Shown here: one piece after another, positions 14,101 through 27,000 of the stretch
Layout of the letters: the number at the start of each line of letters is the position of its first letter
Position numbering within the stretch: position 1 is the first letter of the stretch
DNA from: Tubiluchus corallicola
Taxonomy: Eukaryota; Animalia; Priapulida
Assembly (NCBI GenBank): GCA_030141605.1
Contig: JAQGDQ010000001.1
Location: 2,790,001-2,854,000 of the forward strand
Direction: 5' to 3'
DNA: 64,000 bases
Made by a program: the position numbers and the translations under genes
Notes under the pieces: generated by a model
Database searches by the model: none
Told to the model about the DNA's origin: nothing
What the model saw: only the letters and a program-made list of their open reading frames with translations

Positions 14101-16561
14101 TTGCATACATAGTGCAGAAAAAGTTTCAGACCACAGTAAGCCGTTGCTGTATATCGATGTATGTAAAATATTTTAATATTCAGTTTTAAAATACTTTTTC
14201 AGTTACCTCCTGGTATAAATATCGCCAAGGATGCAAGGCAAGCTATAGGAAAGGCAGCAAGCATCTTTATTCTGTATTGCACCTCATGGTAAATTATTAT
14301 AAATCCTATGATTTCCACGCATTGCATCAGATTACCAGTAATATTAAATGGATGCATTAAAGTTAGTCATTGCTTAATCCAGATTTTGTAAATTGCCAGT
14401 TACACACAAAATGATGTCATGTATGCATTCCTATATAAATAATTGTAGTGTAGTATAATGCAATGTGTTAAAAATGGATGAGTGGCTTAATTTCAAACTC
14501 TTTTGATGCAACAACATTTGATGAGCTTGAATTTTGTAAAATGCGAAGTTTGACCTTAGAATCTTGTGCACGGCTAAATTTCAAAACCTTAGCTCTAAAG
14601 ATGGCTGTTTTAACGATTTCTTCAAAATCAGATGCTACACATTCTTTGCTTACTCATGACATTCTGAACAGTGACTTTTCTTTCATCAACAGAGCTTGTC
14701 TCTTGAAACTTTTTTATAGAATTCCTCTGTGTCATTGCTCCATTGTTATAGGTTGTTATTTTCTAGACATTTTGTGGACTGCAGTGACAGGTTTTGACTC
14801 GGCCAACCAAATAACACAGTCTACTCTTCAAAGAAGTTTAAACCTGAGGTCATCTTACTATTCTGCAAAGAATTTTGTGATTGCAGATTTGCAATAATTC
14901 AGAAATTTTATAAATTCTGGCAAAATTGACAAAAAGTGTAATTTGTATGCTGAGGAGCTAAAGTGATGTGTAACTACCAAGAGAGTTTTCAGTTCAGTTA
15001 TCCTTACCAATGTGAAACTAGCTAGCTAGTAACCTGCCTGTAGGAGAAAAGACTAAAGCATTGTTTAATAACATAGCACATGTGAATGCTCTTTGTAGTA
15101 CAATCTCAACTTTTTGTATTATCATCTATCCAATTCCACCTGAGTGTATCACTAGACTCACTATTCTATCCACAGCCTGTCAGTTACCAGGTTCAATCTG
15201 AGTTCTTTGCACCGCTATTTGATGCTAGCTTCTGTTTAATTAAGAAAGTTTTTGAAAATTACAAGAAAAATACGTACTGTATTTGTTTCAAAATTATCTG
15301 TAGGCATGTCCATGATGCCACTGCGGCGAGGTGTGTTAACAAATACTTAAAATAAAAATTGTAGCCGTTGCAATTGCATGTAATAATATATAATAAAAAC
15401 TTGCAAGCTAAGTTTTCTTCTGGCAGCCCACTGTCTTTATGATCATGCTTTTAATCTACATATGTAATACTTGTCATGAATTTTGAATTGTTTTTAGTGC
15501 TAACAACCATGCCTTACGAGGAAAAAGGAAAACATTGACAGGCCAAGATGTGCTGGATGCTTTGGAAGAAATGGAATTTGAGCATTTCATACCACAGTTG
15601 GAAAAATGCTTGACTGGTAAATCACATCAATAGAAAATTCAATTACAAAGATATTTTTATACATCATTGGTTTCTTAATAAAGTAAGCACTCTGCCCTTG
15701 TGATTTAATTATCACAGTAATGCGATGCTAATGAGAATTGTCGTTAAATAAAGCCAAACATTCCACACTGAAGTCAAAAGTGGTGCTATTATGGCGTCTC
15801 ATTGATTCTAAGTATAATTCAAATGTTTTACTTATTATAACAATTATTGTTTACATTTATGTTACCTTTTTGTATTGATATTGTACACTGATACATTGAA
15901 AACACAATTTGCATAAAATTACAGCTAAATTTGCAGCTATTGTTGCACATAGACAAAGTCAAACATATTAAGTGAGGAAATGGGTAATAAAATTTCAGCA
16001 TCTTCAAAATCAATTATCGCTAAACATATGGAAACAGTCTGCTAACAATACCCGTAATTGTATTTTGAGTTTACCTTCGATCTCCATTCTAGTAAATTTC
16101 TTCTTAAACTGTGTTTCTTGTATGTGTAGAACTTTTCAGCTTACATAACAGATCAGAAATGGTTTTGAAATTTTTCAGCTTACATAACAGATCAGAAATG
16201 GTTTTGAAATTTTTCAGCTTACAGAAGAGATCAGAAGAACAAGCGGGATTTTATGCAAAAACGGAAGTCTGCGGCACAAAACAGCAGCTCACAAAACGTG
16301 CAAACTTCAGTAGAACAAGACCTTGAGATTGAGGAAATCATTGTCGATTCTCCAGCAGATAATAACGATATGTTCGTAAGTGCAGTTGCAGACCCTTCCA
16401 TGCCACCTGCTCCAGAACTTTCCAGGTCACACATCATGAGTGCAGCACCGGGACCTTCTAGACCACGTATGAATGGCAGCATTCTTGGATCAGCACAACA
16501 ACCACTAATTATTGATCTTGAAGATGGCATGAATGGTGAAGACGAAGAAGCAGAAAGTTAG
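11136..16561 (+). CDS. POLE3: DNA polymerase epsilon subunit 3 / CHRAC17 histone-fold protein, 204 aa, 4 coding exons
   Basis: Exons 11136-11201, 14203-14288, 15498-15616, 16218-16561 (615 nt). [99 protein letters not shown]... matches the POLE3 histone fold. Confidence 0.95.
11545..13606 (-). mobile_element. hAT-like non-autonomous element with (ATTAC)n subterminal repeats, interrupted by a nested MITE
   Basis: Segments 11560-11780, 12700-12870 and 13480-13606 align collinearly, in reverse orientation, with the element at 43630-44354; the end reads TAGGGGCCGATTAC on the minus strand. Confidence 0.7.
11837..12472. mobile_element. MITE with GGCC termini and TAA target duplication (PIF/Harbinger- or Zator-like)
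   Basis: TAA|GGCCAACCACAAAAAAATTATCTCTGTCTTA ... TTAGACGGAAACAGAAATTTTTTTATTATCGGCC|TAA; imperfect TIRs with TAA on both sides. Confidence 0.7.
16133..16236 (+). repeat. 39-bp tandem triplication spanning the POLE3 last-exon acceptor
   Basis: TTTTCAG|CTTACA recurs with the AG ending at 16139, 16178 and 16217. Confidence 0.95.
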
Positions 16562-18023
16562 CAACTAAAATGTTAGTTCTTTCTAAATTGTTCTTGACAC
16601 TCTTGGTCACATTTGCAGTGTTGCATATGTATAGAATGTTGATGATGAGGTTTGTGATGGGTTTGTGTATTTAACTAAAATAAAGTCGAATTCTTAAATG
16701 TGAATTTCAGATTATTTTATTGATATGAAACATTAAAATAGTAACAATGTATATAATTCATGTGCAACTTATTGTTTGTATTATTCAAATATATTAATTT
16801 GTTTAATTTTTAAAAAAAACCTAATATGATTATAATAACAAACTTGTATGTGCAAACGCTAGAATTTGTAACTAAATTCTGAATTGCTCGAAAAATTGAT
16901 GGGATAACTCTGATTTTCCAAGTTATAGAAATCTATACTTTCTCATGCATAATCAGTTTCGAAAGTGCATATCTGATATGAAGATAAACTCTTGTACTAA
17001 CATCAATCGTAAAATTAAATTTCTCTGAAACAAATAAAAAATTGACAATTCTCACAACACATCCATCACATCTAGAGATAAAAAAAATTGAATATGTATG
17101 ATTAAATTTCATCATATGTCACTTATTAGAATTGCTATGTAACGTAGCTGTAAAATGTGTTTCAAAAAAATTTCATCTTACCTATAAAATTTCAGTACAT
17201 TCTTAAAACAAAATATTCCAAGTGTTTTTAAAAACAGAAAATTGATGTTTGTGTTGCTTCACATAAATCTTAAAATTAAAAGAAGTAACAATTGTAAGCA
17301 GTATAACCCAATACTGTTATTCTAATATTGCGTAGCATTAATAAGCAGCAGTAGAAAACTAAGATAGTCAACTAGTGCTGCAAGCAACAAAAACACACTA
17401 TAGAATAAAAACCTAATACTGCAAACAAAACAGTCAAAAATGTTGGTGATCAATTTGCTTGGTGATCAATGTAAAACTAAAACTGCATTTTTGTGTAGTT
17501 TCAAGTTTTGTCTGCATTTATAGAGAATACAGGCATAATTTGGCCTCAGCAATTTTGCAAAAGTAGTAAAAACACTCATCATATACATAATAATAAATAA
17601 TATGTGTCATGTTTGAGATATTTCAATTATAGCTGTAATAATTATAATAGTAACCACTTTTTTAAAACAATAGGTATTTTAAATGAACATATAGTCATCG
17701 ACTATAGTGTAAATTTTTAAACAAATGATCGAACAAAATACATAAGACTTACCTGCTCGGAAGACAAGGAACAAAGTTACGTACTCTATTTAGTGTAAAG
17801 AATAGTGTGGTAAATACATTGTTTGTGTTTTATAAAGTGATGGTAATAACAATGTTTTCACCCATAAATTTTCACCCTAAGGTTATATGCATTTTTATGC
17901 ACCAAAATGCTCAGAATTATAACCTGAAAACCAGGTTTAACATTTAAGCTTGTAAACACACTGTCAGTTAACAAAAATCACACCAAAGACAAAGCTAATG
18001 AAAAAAATCATCCTTTCTTCTTG

Positions 18024-21000
18024 TTACTGGATGACACTCAGCTCTATGCGCTGTTCAATGGTTCCTCGACACAGAGGGCAGAGCGACAAGGGTGCTGAAC
18101 ATTGACTGCAGCAGCAAACGTGGCCGCACATCAAAAACACTACCGTACACTGAAAATAAATTGATTTCACGGTTTAATTCTGTTATTTTGGCAGACTAAA
18201 AAAACGCAGCTGTGTAATTAGCATGGATGTAAGCAAATAAATTAGAAAACAAAAAGTTTCAGTGGATTTTGAATGCACTGAATCTACTCATTGTGTACGT
18301 ATGGCAATTATAACATATTAAACAATTAAATAACAGAAAAACTTCCACTATTTATGCTCAGAAACAAAAAAGCAATTATACGAGTCATACTTATTAAGAA
18401 GAGGGTGAAAGTAGAATAAGTCCAACTTCATGTGTTCAATGAAATGCTTACTGGAATTAGTTTAATTGGAGTTCTTATGTGCAGTTTTAATTAATCATTA
18501 TATTATAGTGTGCTCGATTGGGTTGTCCTAGGAGAGCTGTTTCAGCATTCATTTTTTTATTAATCATGCATTGTTGTGCATTTGGCCATGCCCGCAGGGT
18601 TTGAAGATAGAGGAAAAGTGGTTAAAACCAGAATCCTGTTCAGATTTCATGTCACGGCTGCTAAGTTGGTGCGCTATGAGTGTGATGTAAATAATGTGTG
18701 TAGTCTTGACAAGTCTGCAGTTCTTTTGATATTTGGGCTCAATATCATGGTAGGAATGTCTTTAACAGAATTTGTAACTTTTATTACCTGATTATCTAAG
18801 CACACGACACATTCTGCATGCACCCTTGCTACCAGACTTGGTGGTTGTACGTCTGGTACACCAGGTACTGCTGGTGCTGAAGCACTAACTTCTTCCTCTG
18901 GAGGAGCCGATGGTGGCCTTGACTCCCCACTAGTTCCACTTAGAGGACTTTCAGGTCCAGTTGGACTGACTGCAAAAAGCTTGTCAGCTTTCTGTTTTGC
19001 AGTCTCCTCTTCTTTGCGACGTTCATCAGCCACACGAAGAATAGTTTTGCGTATTCCAACTTTGCCAATGCCAATCTAGACAATGTATATGTGCCAGACA
19101 CCAATTTGTATTCGTGTGTATCAAGTAATAATACAATAGGATCAAAAGCAGAAATAAAGTAAAATGTACTGCACTCACACAAGCACATATTAATAAACAT
19201 AAGCTCACTCAGGGTCATCTTCGGGTTTCAGCTGGCTTTCTGCAATATAGCATTAGTGGCTTTATATTAAGAAATGGTTAAGAATATTCCTAAAAGAGTG
19301 GAATGTCTGTATCACACTTGAAGCGCCAATGCAGTCTTACAGTTTTGCAATCGACTATCCGACCTTGCATGAAAGTACTGAAGCTGTAAGGCTGGTGCCT
19401 CAGCCTGTTAGCATCATCCGCTTGACAAATTAGAGAACTGTACTATCAATCTGGTCAATCTCTTCAATCTTTATTAGTTTCTAAATGCCAACATATTTTA
19501 CACTAGACATTCCTAGATGTTGAACAATTTATAAACCCAGTTTTTGGATCTGCCACGAAGTTAAAAGCTATCACAGACCACAGTTTTTATTATAGAAGGT
19601 TGGAATTTTGCATGAAGATACAATGGGCTGTTCTATTAAGCAAAACTACCCCGGGGATCATCCACATATAACGAGTTTTTTGTCGATTTCGAAGACCTAC
19701 CTTCCTTGCATTACAATGTAGCTTTTTGTGCATTTCATTCTTCCTCCTCCCAAGGAAGGCAACGACATCACTTACAGTGGGCAGTTTCCTATGAAACTAT
19801 AGGCAGTTAACACTTAACAGTGTGTAAATTCCCAATTAGCGTATATCTGGGAAAAGCCATGGTGTGTTCATTTTTAGCCGTGGTGGCTGTCAGATAACGA
19901 TCGATATCAGCACTAAATCACCTACCTAACTTGCTTTATAATGGTGTTATCATGTCTCCTGCTTCCTACCTACCCTAAACTTGATATCATTATATATGGA
20001 TGGTCCCAAAGGGGTCTTGGAGGGTTACAAATTACCACACACTACGTTTTTTGTAAGGAATTCTATACAGAGACCCATTAGGCTATATAACAGTTGCAAA
20101 ATTGCAATAAGGCCGCAACTATGATGCCTAATGGGTAAGGTGAGCGACTTTTGAGATAAATCAGTATATTCAAGTTTGAATACCAATTGGTGAATTTTTA
20201 TACTCCACAAAATTATATTTGATGATCGACAAAAGTAGCAAACAGTATCTCAGTGCCTGCAAAACACATTAGTGCTTCCAGTCTTATCCCTCCCCCCTCC
20301 CCCAATTTCAGATATGTAGATTTCATTTTCAGGAAAGTTATTTTCTGGCTAAATATAGTTTCACTTATTTCATAAGTAGTATTAAAATATACTTCCTATC
20401 ACAAGAAAGTATCACAAGAACTGCATTTTTCTACACCTTTAATCAAATTTTCCTTTTCTAACTACCTCGTGTCTCTATTAGACTCAACCAATTACAATTA
20501 AGACTTACTGTAATGCCAGGTTTTTACAGTAATATATCAAAGGGTTCTAAAACTGCAAAACAAAGCACGGTATCCAAACTATCTATAACATACTAATTTT
20601 TTTAAATTTTTAATACTAGCAACTATGCCCGGCCTGCAATCATATTTTAGTGAAGTATATAAAAACTAAGCAATTTGTAAGCAGACTGCACACGCTACAA
20701 TAATTACCATCATACATGAATGTTTTAGATATTAATGGTCAGTTAGTGAACAATAAATGAACAAACCTCACTCAAATCCTGATCAGTTAGTTGATACATA
20801 GTCTCGATTGAAATCCTGTGGCGAGCAAACATAGGTATGTACTCAGTTGCCTGTGCTTCCTCTAGTATATACAAAACTGCCCATTCCAAATGAGTCTCCT
20901 AATTTAAATATTAGGGAATCACTTGTTATTCTCTCTACACATTCACAATTTCATGGGATACAGCTTAAATATTATAATGATACACCAGTAGGCCTAGCCA

Positions 21001-24000
21001 CAAAGCTAAGAAAAGAAAGCAGTCCTGTACAATGAGACTTCATATAGCATTACGTCACCTATTCACATTCAGAATACCTAACTAGAGACCAAAAAACCAA
21101 CAAACACATATTATAAGTACATTTAATTAATCGAAAAATTAAATTTGTATAAAATCTAATAGCAAAATTAAATTCAGTATATTTCTAATGCAATGAAGAA
21201 CTAACTTTAATTAACATCTCATTAATAACACAGTGCACAATTTTTCTCAAACAGTGCCAAAGGCATGAAAAACACAAATATTGAAATTTCACTAACTTGG
21301 TCAACTAAGTCCTGTGGTTTACGATCTAACAACCGCTGATATTGGATAAGCCAGTAATCTTTGACATCATCTTTCCTCCTCTGTTCCATCTCCACCTGGA
21401 TTATAAAATTAATACAATTAATACATGTGAACTTGCCCTCATACAAGGATAGCGGATGGCTGTTTGGAACTGTACCTAACATATTTTAAGGAACATTAAA
21501 TCAATGTCAAAATCCAGAAAATGATTTAATGAAGGTAAATTGCACAGATATTCAGACTTACTCTGAACACTTACTCACAGACTACGCATTCCGAAAATCA
21601 CAGATTCAAATTCAGCAAACCCAAAGAAAAAGAGCTTTTTAATTATTTGCTTCAATATTATTACTAATGAAAAAATGAATAATTTGATTTAGAAACCAAA
21701 CTTGTACGAAAGAAAGGAAATGAAAATTTCAGAACAGAACTTAGATGACGTGATTACTGGGGCAGTCTAGCGGTGATGGCACTCACCTTGCAAATGGAAG
21801 GTCCGGGTTCAAAACTAGGCTCTGATTGCCCTTTCCATGTTGTCTTTCTTTTGGATGGGTTTGGATTAAAAATTTAATATATACGGGTTCATGCCAATGT
21901 TAATACATTTATTATTCTTTCTCATAATCTCATACTCATTTTTAATCAAACCTGTTTATAGTTACTACCATCCATGCAAGTAGTGACATGTTTTACACAA
22001 CAAATACACTAAAGTACGACATGCTACATTTTGATGCTCGAATGATTCACACAAGCTTTTTAATGCATGTCTAATACTCATAAAAAAAATATGACACTTT
22101 GCACTTTATATCCAGTGACTAACAGAGTGTATTTGTAAAAGCAAAATTCAAACAACATAAGCTATTTTTGATAGGAAATAACATAATAAAACACACCATC
22201 AAGTTAATCTAACAATCAATTAAATTATATTAAGGTACGAGTGCTTTTGGAAGCAAACCGATGTTCATAAAATAACTAAAATGACAATACGCTCATAGAT
22301 CGGTTTGCCGGACAAAAGCAGGGCAAGTTGGTACAAATTTGCAGACGCAGATCGTCTGCATTTACCAATAATAAGCTTCTATAGTAGGTGCGGTGCATTA
22401 AACTCACGCTAGAATCAATCGCCTAAATGTCTTAAATACATCTAGTATGGGCTGCTCCTATGCAAAAGCATATAAAAACTGTCGGCAATTGACTCAAACA
22501 ACTCCGCACAATTTACTCTAGATTTTTTCTGCACATGCTTAAATAAGATACTTTTGTGTGTCCAATTGGCTTTTACTATTTTTATGTCATCTTACTTTGC
22601 GCACTACAGTATGCGTAGAAACAATCACATTAAGTACAGTGTCGTTACATGCTGCTTTGTTTCATTGATGTAGCAATGTAAACAAAGTGACTGCCTGCGA
22701 ATTAGTGGTCAGTTCACGAAACTACGGACTGTGTTCGTAGCAGGCGAGACTCTTTAACGGTTCAGATTTTATTCGATTCTTTGAATATCCGTGAAAGCGA
22801 GGTCCGGCAAACCGAGATATGGGCGTAGTTACAATGTGATCTACCTTGTGAAAACCCAGTAGAAGCAGTAAAGTCAAATCAGTTCTACAGTGCTCATATT
22901 TTAACAGCCTACTGCGTAATTTAAACAATGGTAAGCTTTGGTAAACATCTGTAGTCCTCTTTCATAAGCATAGTGTTAAAAGAGGGTTTAAATGAACTAA
23001 TATAAAATTCTTTAAGAATGACAATGTCAAAAGCACACCTGCCTTTGTCCATTACAGAGGAAAGAAGAAAAAATGTATCGGAAGCACCATCGCACTGCAA
23101 ATAATACTAGGTGATTTATGTTCATGCATGCGAGTAAGACAACATCTTCTTGTCTGACCAAAGTAGTAGGCTTCACAGTCTAGACAGTAACATTTGCAGA
23201 CCAGGCAAGAAGACATCTTACCTTCTCGTCTGGTCAAAGTAGTAGGCTTCATAGCCTAGACAGTAACAGTTGTTAACCGGGCAAGAAGACATCTTATCAC
23301 CCCAAAAACAAGATCTTAATTTTGATGTGGCAGAAACCACTCTGATGTTATCAATTGCAGAAAGTAATTTCATAGTTCCGCAAACTTGCCCATTCTCTAC
23401 CAAAAACGTTGGTGCTTACCAGGCGTTTTGCTAGTTCTTTTTCCCTTTTTTCTTTCTCTGTCATCAGCTGCATCAACATTTTAGTTAACTGCAGTCTCTT
23501 CTCTTCTAATAAGAGCTAAAATATGCAAAAAATATTAAAAGGTTAGTAGAGTCACCGCAACTAAACTACCAGCCAAAAGTTAAAAATATGCCATAAAATT
23601 TCGACAACTATTATTTTATACACTCAGCAAACTTACAGTCAGAAGGCAAGTTTATTTTGAAAAGTTTATAAGCAATGAACAGGAGATTAATTAGGTCAGT
23701 ACTTCAATACCAATTGATTAGTTTTATATGCAATCAAGTAACAAATACCGATTGAGTTTCAGACTGTGAATATCTTTTTCCCACTTCTACGACACTCAGC
23801 TGTTCCAGCTCCACAGAAAGCATGGCAATCTAATAAAAAAAACGGTTAATTTTACTGTTGAACAAAATCTTACTGCTGACAAACCAGAAATATCTGGTGT
23901 TTATAACGAAAGCAATTCTAACTAGTAACAGTTTATCTTGCACATGTAAAATAAGATTGATTGATAATAAGACAAATATGAAAACTCCAGCTAGCATTCC

Positions 24001-27000
24001 CTCAGATATCTGAGCTAATATTTTTGTTTTAATATGGTGGTATAATAGGACTCTCAAGCAATACCTTTCCTCCACTAACTTTTCTAATGAACCTTTCTAA
24101 AAGTTTACTGAGAGGGCATATAATTGCTATAGAATATATCTAGTATACAACATCTAGTCAGAACATAACAAAAAAAATTTGAACATTTTCTGTCGCATGA
24201 TACCTTGAAACCAAACAAAACTTTCTCAAAAAACCTTATTTTAAAAGAAAAAAATTCGTTTCTAAGACTTTCCTGGCTAACGACCTGTGCTTATCTAAAT
24301 AACCATGCCAGTATTCAGATAAGGAAAAAGCGGTAAACTAACTGTTATACTTGATAATAAAAAATGATGAAAATTTCTGAAGCGTAAAAGAAAAAACTTA
24401 CCTCATTGGTTAGTCTCTGATGGTGAACATCTTTTTGACGTTGCAATACTTCAAATGCATTACGCTGAAATTCTTCTTGTTGCATGAGCTGCAGCACCAA
24501 AGCATGCTGGGTTTGCTGAGTAATAGCTAATTTCTTATTTAACTCATCACTGTCCTTCATCGAGCTACAACAACAACATGTGGTTTAGTAAAACAGAAAT
24601 TTTGCATATGCAATATATATCAGAACAATTGCTCACGGGGGTATTTATTTTGTCCCACACTTAAATTCACAATTTTACAAATCAAAAAAATTTATGTAAT
24701 GAAATAAAGTAATGCAATGACTTTATGTCAGCCTAAATTGTCAAGCACCAGTCTCTAGTACTTGCACCAACATACAGACATGCTCTACTAATGTTTAGCA
24801 AATCTTGGGATCCACAACCACCATGAGAAATAATTAAACACAGCACTGTATTGTGATGTTGTTAAAAGAACATTGGCAAAATGTTGAATAAAGCTGCATA
24901 CACTTTAATTTAGGAATGCAAGGCTGCCGTTCTAAAGAAATGTGAGCAATGGGTGCTGCATTAATTGCAGAAATACCATTTAAAATAAGTGGAACTTTTA
25001 AGCCAACTGTTTTTATTTTAAATAAACAGCTTACCCCATGAGTCCTTGTCGTGCCATTTCAATTCTACTATCTTCATATGATTTACGAAGCTGTTCAAAC
25101 GTATTATTATTTGCCAGCATCAGCTCCATATTCTGCAAAATGTCCTTCTCTCGCAGATTTGCAGCTTCTTCGTGACGAACCAAAAATAGTTCCTCTGCCT
25201 CCATTCTGTAGTAAGATAATTTCATCAGATTTTACTATGCCAAAAGTGGTGTAGTTGGACAGCATAAAATTTTTTTACTGATAATTTTGTATCTTTACAT
25301 ACTATACTTGTGCTTAACTGACTACAGTGATGCTGATGAAGCTGATAGCAATATGATGATGATGATTGCAGTCCGCAGTTATTTTCATAAGAACAATTTA
25401 CTACTAATTGCAACCAAATCATGGTAACATGGCTTATAAAAGTAAAAATACTAACCTTTCTTTTTCCATAGCTTCCAAAATTGCTTCTTTTTTGCTAGCA
25501 GCTGCATTCATTGTTATAAGATTGTTTATTAGGTCAGTAGCGCTTCTTTCAACTGTAAAAACACAGAAATACAGTTAACCTTGAACACAGAATATGAGCT
25601 ATCTTTTAACAATGAATGCAAAAAACATCATTCTATAAGACAAAATGCGTAACTAACCATCATGCAGAGAAATGAGTAATTTTTGTCGTTCAACATCTTT
25701 CTTTTGAGCAACTTTTTCTATGTCACTAGTCATCTTTACATGATCCTGAAATGAAAATTAAAAGAAAATGAAAAAAGAAAACGTAAATTTCTCCATTCAT
25801 CATTTCAATACTTACAATAGACAATGATATTTTTATACTGTTGCTAAAACATTTATAGTACTTGCAGCCTAGTAGTTACTAACAGTAGACAATATTCCTT
25901 CCAGATACATGTGTATGATTTATAAAATAATATAAAAATGAAAAAAACAACAATTAAAAAACATCACGGTTTAAAGTGCAATAAGAATAATATTCAACAA
26001 TCACGTACTTTCTGTCATCTCTAGAAAATCAACAGAATTTATAAAAATCCCATATTGTAATTTACTTACTTCTGCCAGTGTATCTAAAATTTTACTTTTC
26101 ATTTTATTTGACTCTGATAAAAGCCAAGTCTGTTGTCTTGATGCTTCTTCTAATTCTTTCTCAATTGCTAAAGCTTCCTTTCGTTTCTTTTCCTAAAACA
26201 ATAATTGTATCTATAGATATACAGAACATTTATACTTATGAACAAAATTGTTTTGCCAAAGAAATGTATAAACAAAAGCAAGAAACATGTAAACAATCTA
26301 GCAATGCACTGTTTAGGCAGTTACCTTAATACACACTTATTATAAATTAAAAAAAACTAATAATATAACTTATAAGAAATAAATTTAAACCCATATTCAA
26401 AATATTTTAATATGAAACATAAAAACATGCTACCAAAAGATGAATCAATGATTAACAACCCCTATGAAAAAAAAATCTACATGCAAAATCACATACCTTC
26501 AGTGATTCATATTCAGCCACAGAACTCTGAAAGAAGAAATACAAATTTAAACAGCATTTCAAAGTTTGCTAACTCAGCTAATTCATGCACCACATTTAAG
26601 ACTTTAAATATCCTAATTATTTATGATTAGTATTACATTTACTACAAATAACTGTATGGAAAATATTGCAAAATGCTTTGAGATTTTCAATTAGTCCGAC
26701 TGAGAGAGTCTAAGTCTTACAGAAAAAGTAACATTATAAATGTTACAGCAGCTATAAATGTTACAGAGATTTTGCAAATTCTCAAAATGCGTTCTTAATG
26801 CGAAAACTGCACAACAGTAAAAATAGCCAAAAAAGCATAATAATTACCACCAAAGCTGCTGTATTTTCTAACAAATGTTGGGCAGCATGTTTTGATGGCG
26901 ACACTGTTGTTGGCTCTACTACAAATTCACACGGTGGGATATACGTAACTCCATTCTCTAATGAAACAACAAAACAGACAAAAGTAGAAATAGTTTGGTC

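Noticed and set aside
14478-14897. 139-aa plus-strand ORF in POLE3 intron 2
   Set aside because: No recognisable motif and not needed for the POLE3 frame; probably chance or repeat-derived.
19332-19394. Hairpin CAGTCTTACAGTTTT / GAAGCTGTAAGGCTG as a pre-miRNA
   Set aside because: The stem is short with a large asymmetric bulge, and the G-U pairs favour the strand antisense to the host gene.
21759-21830. Functional tRNA gene
   Set aside because: A/B-box-like motifs are present but the cloverleaf stems are broken; treated as a SINE or pseudogene.
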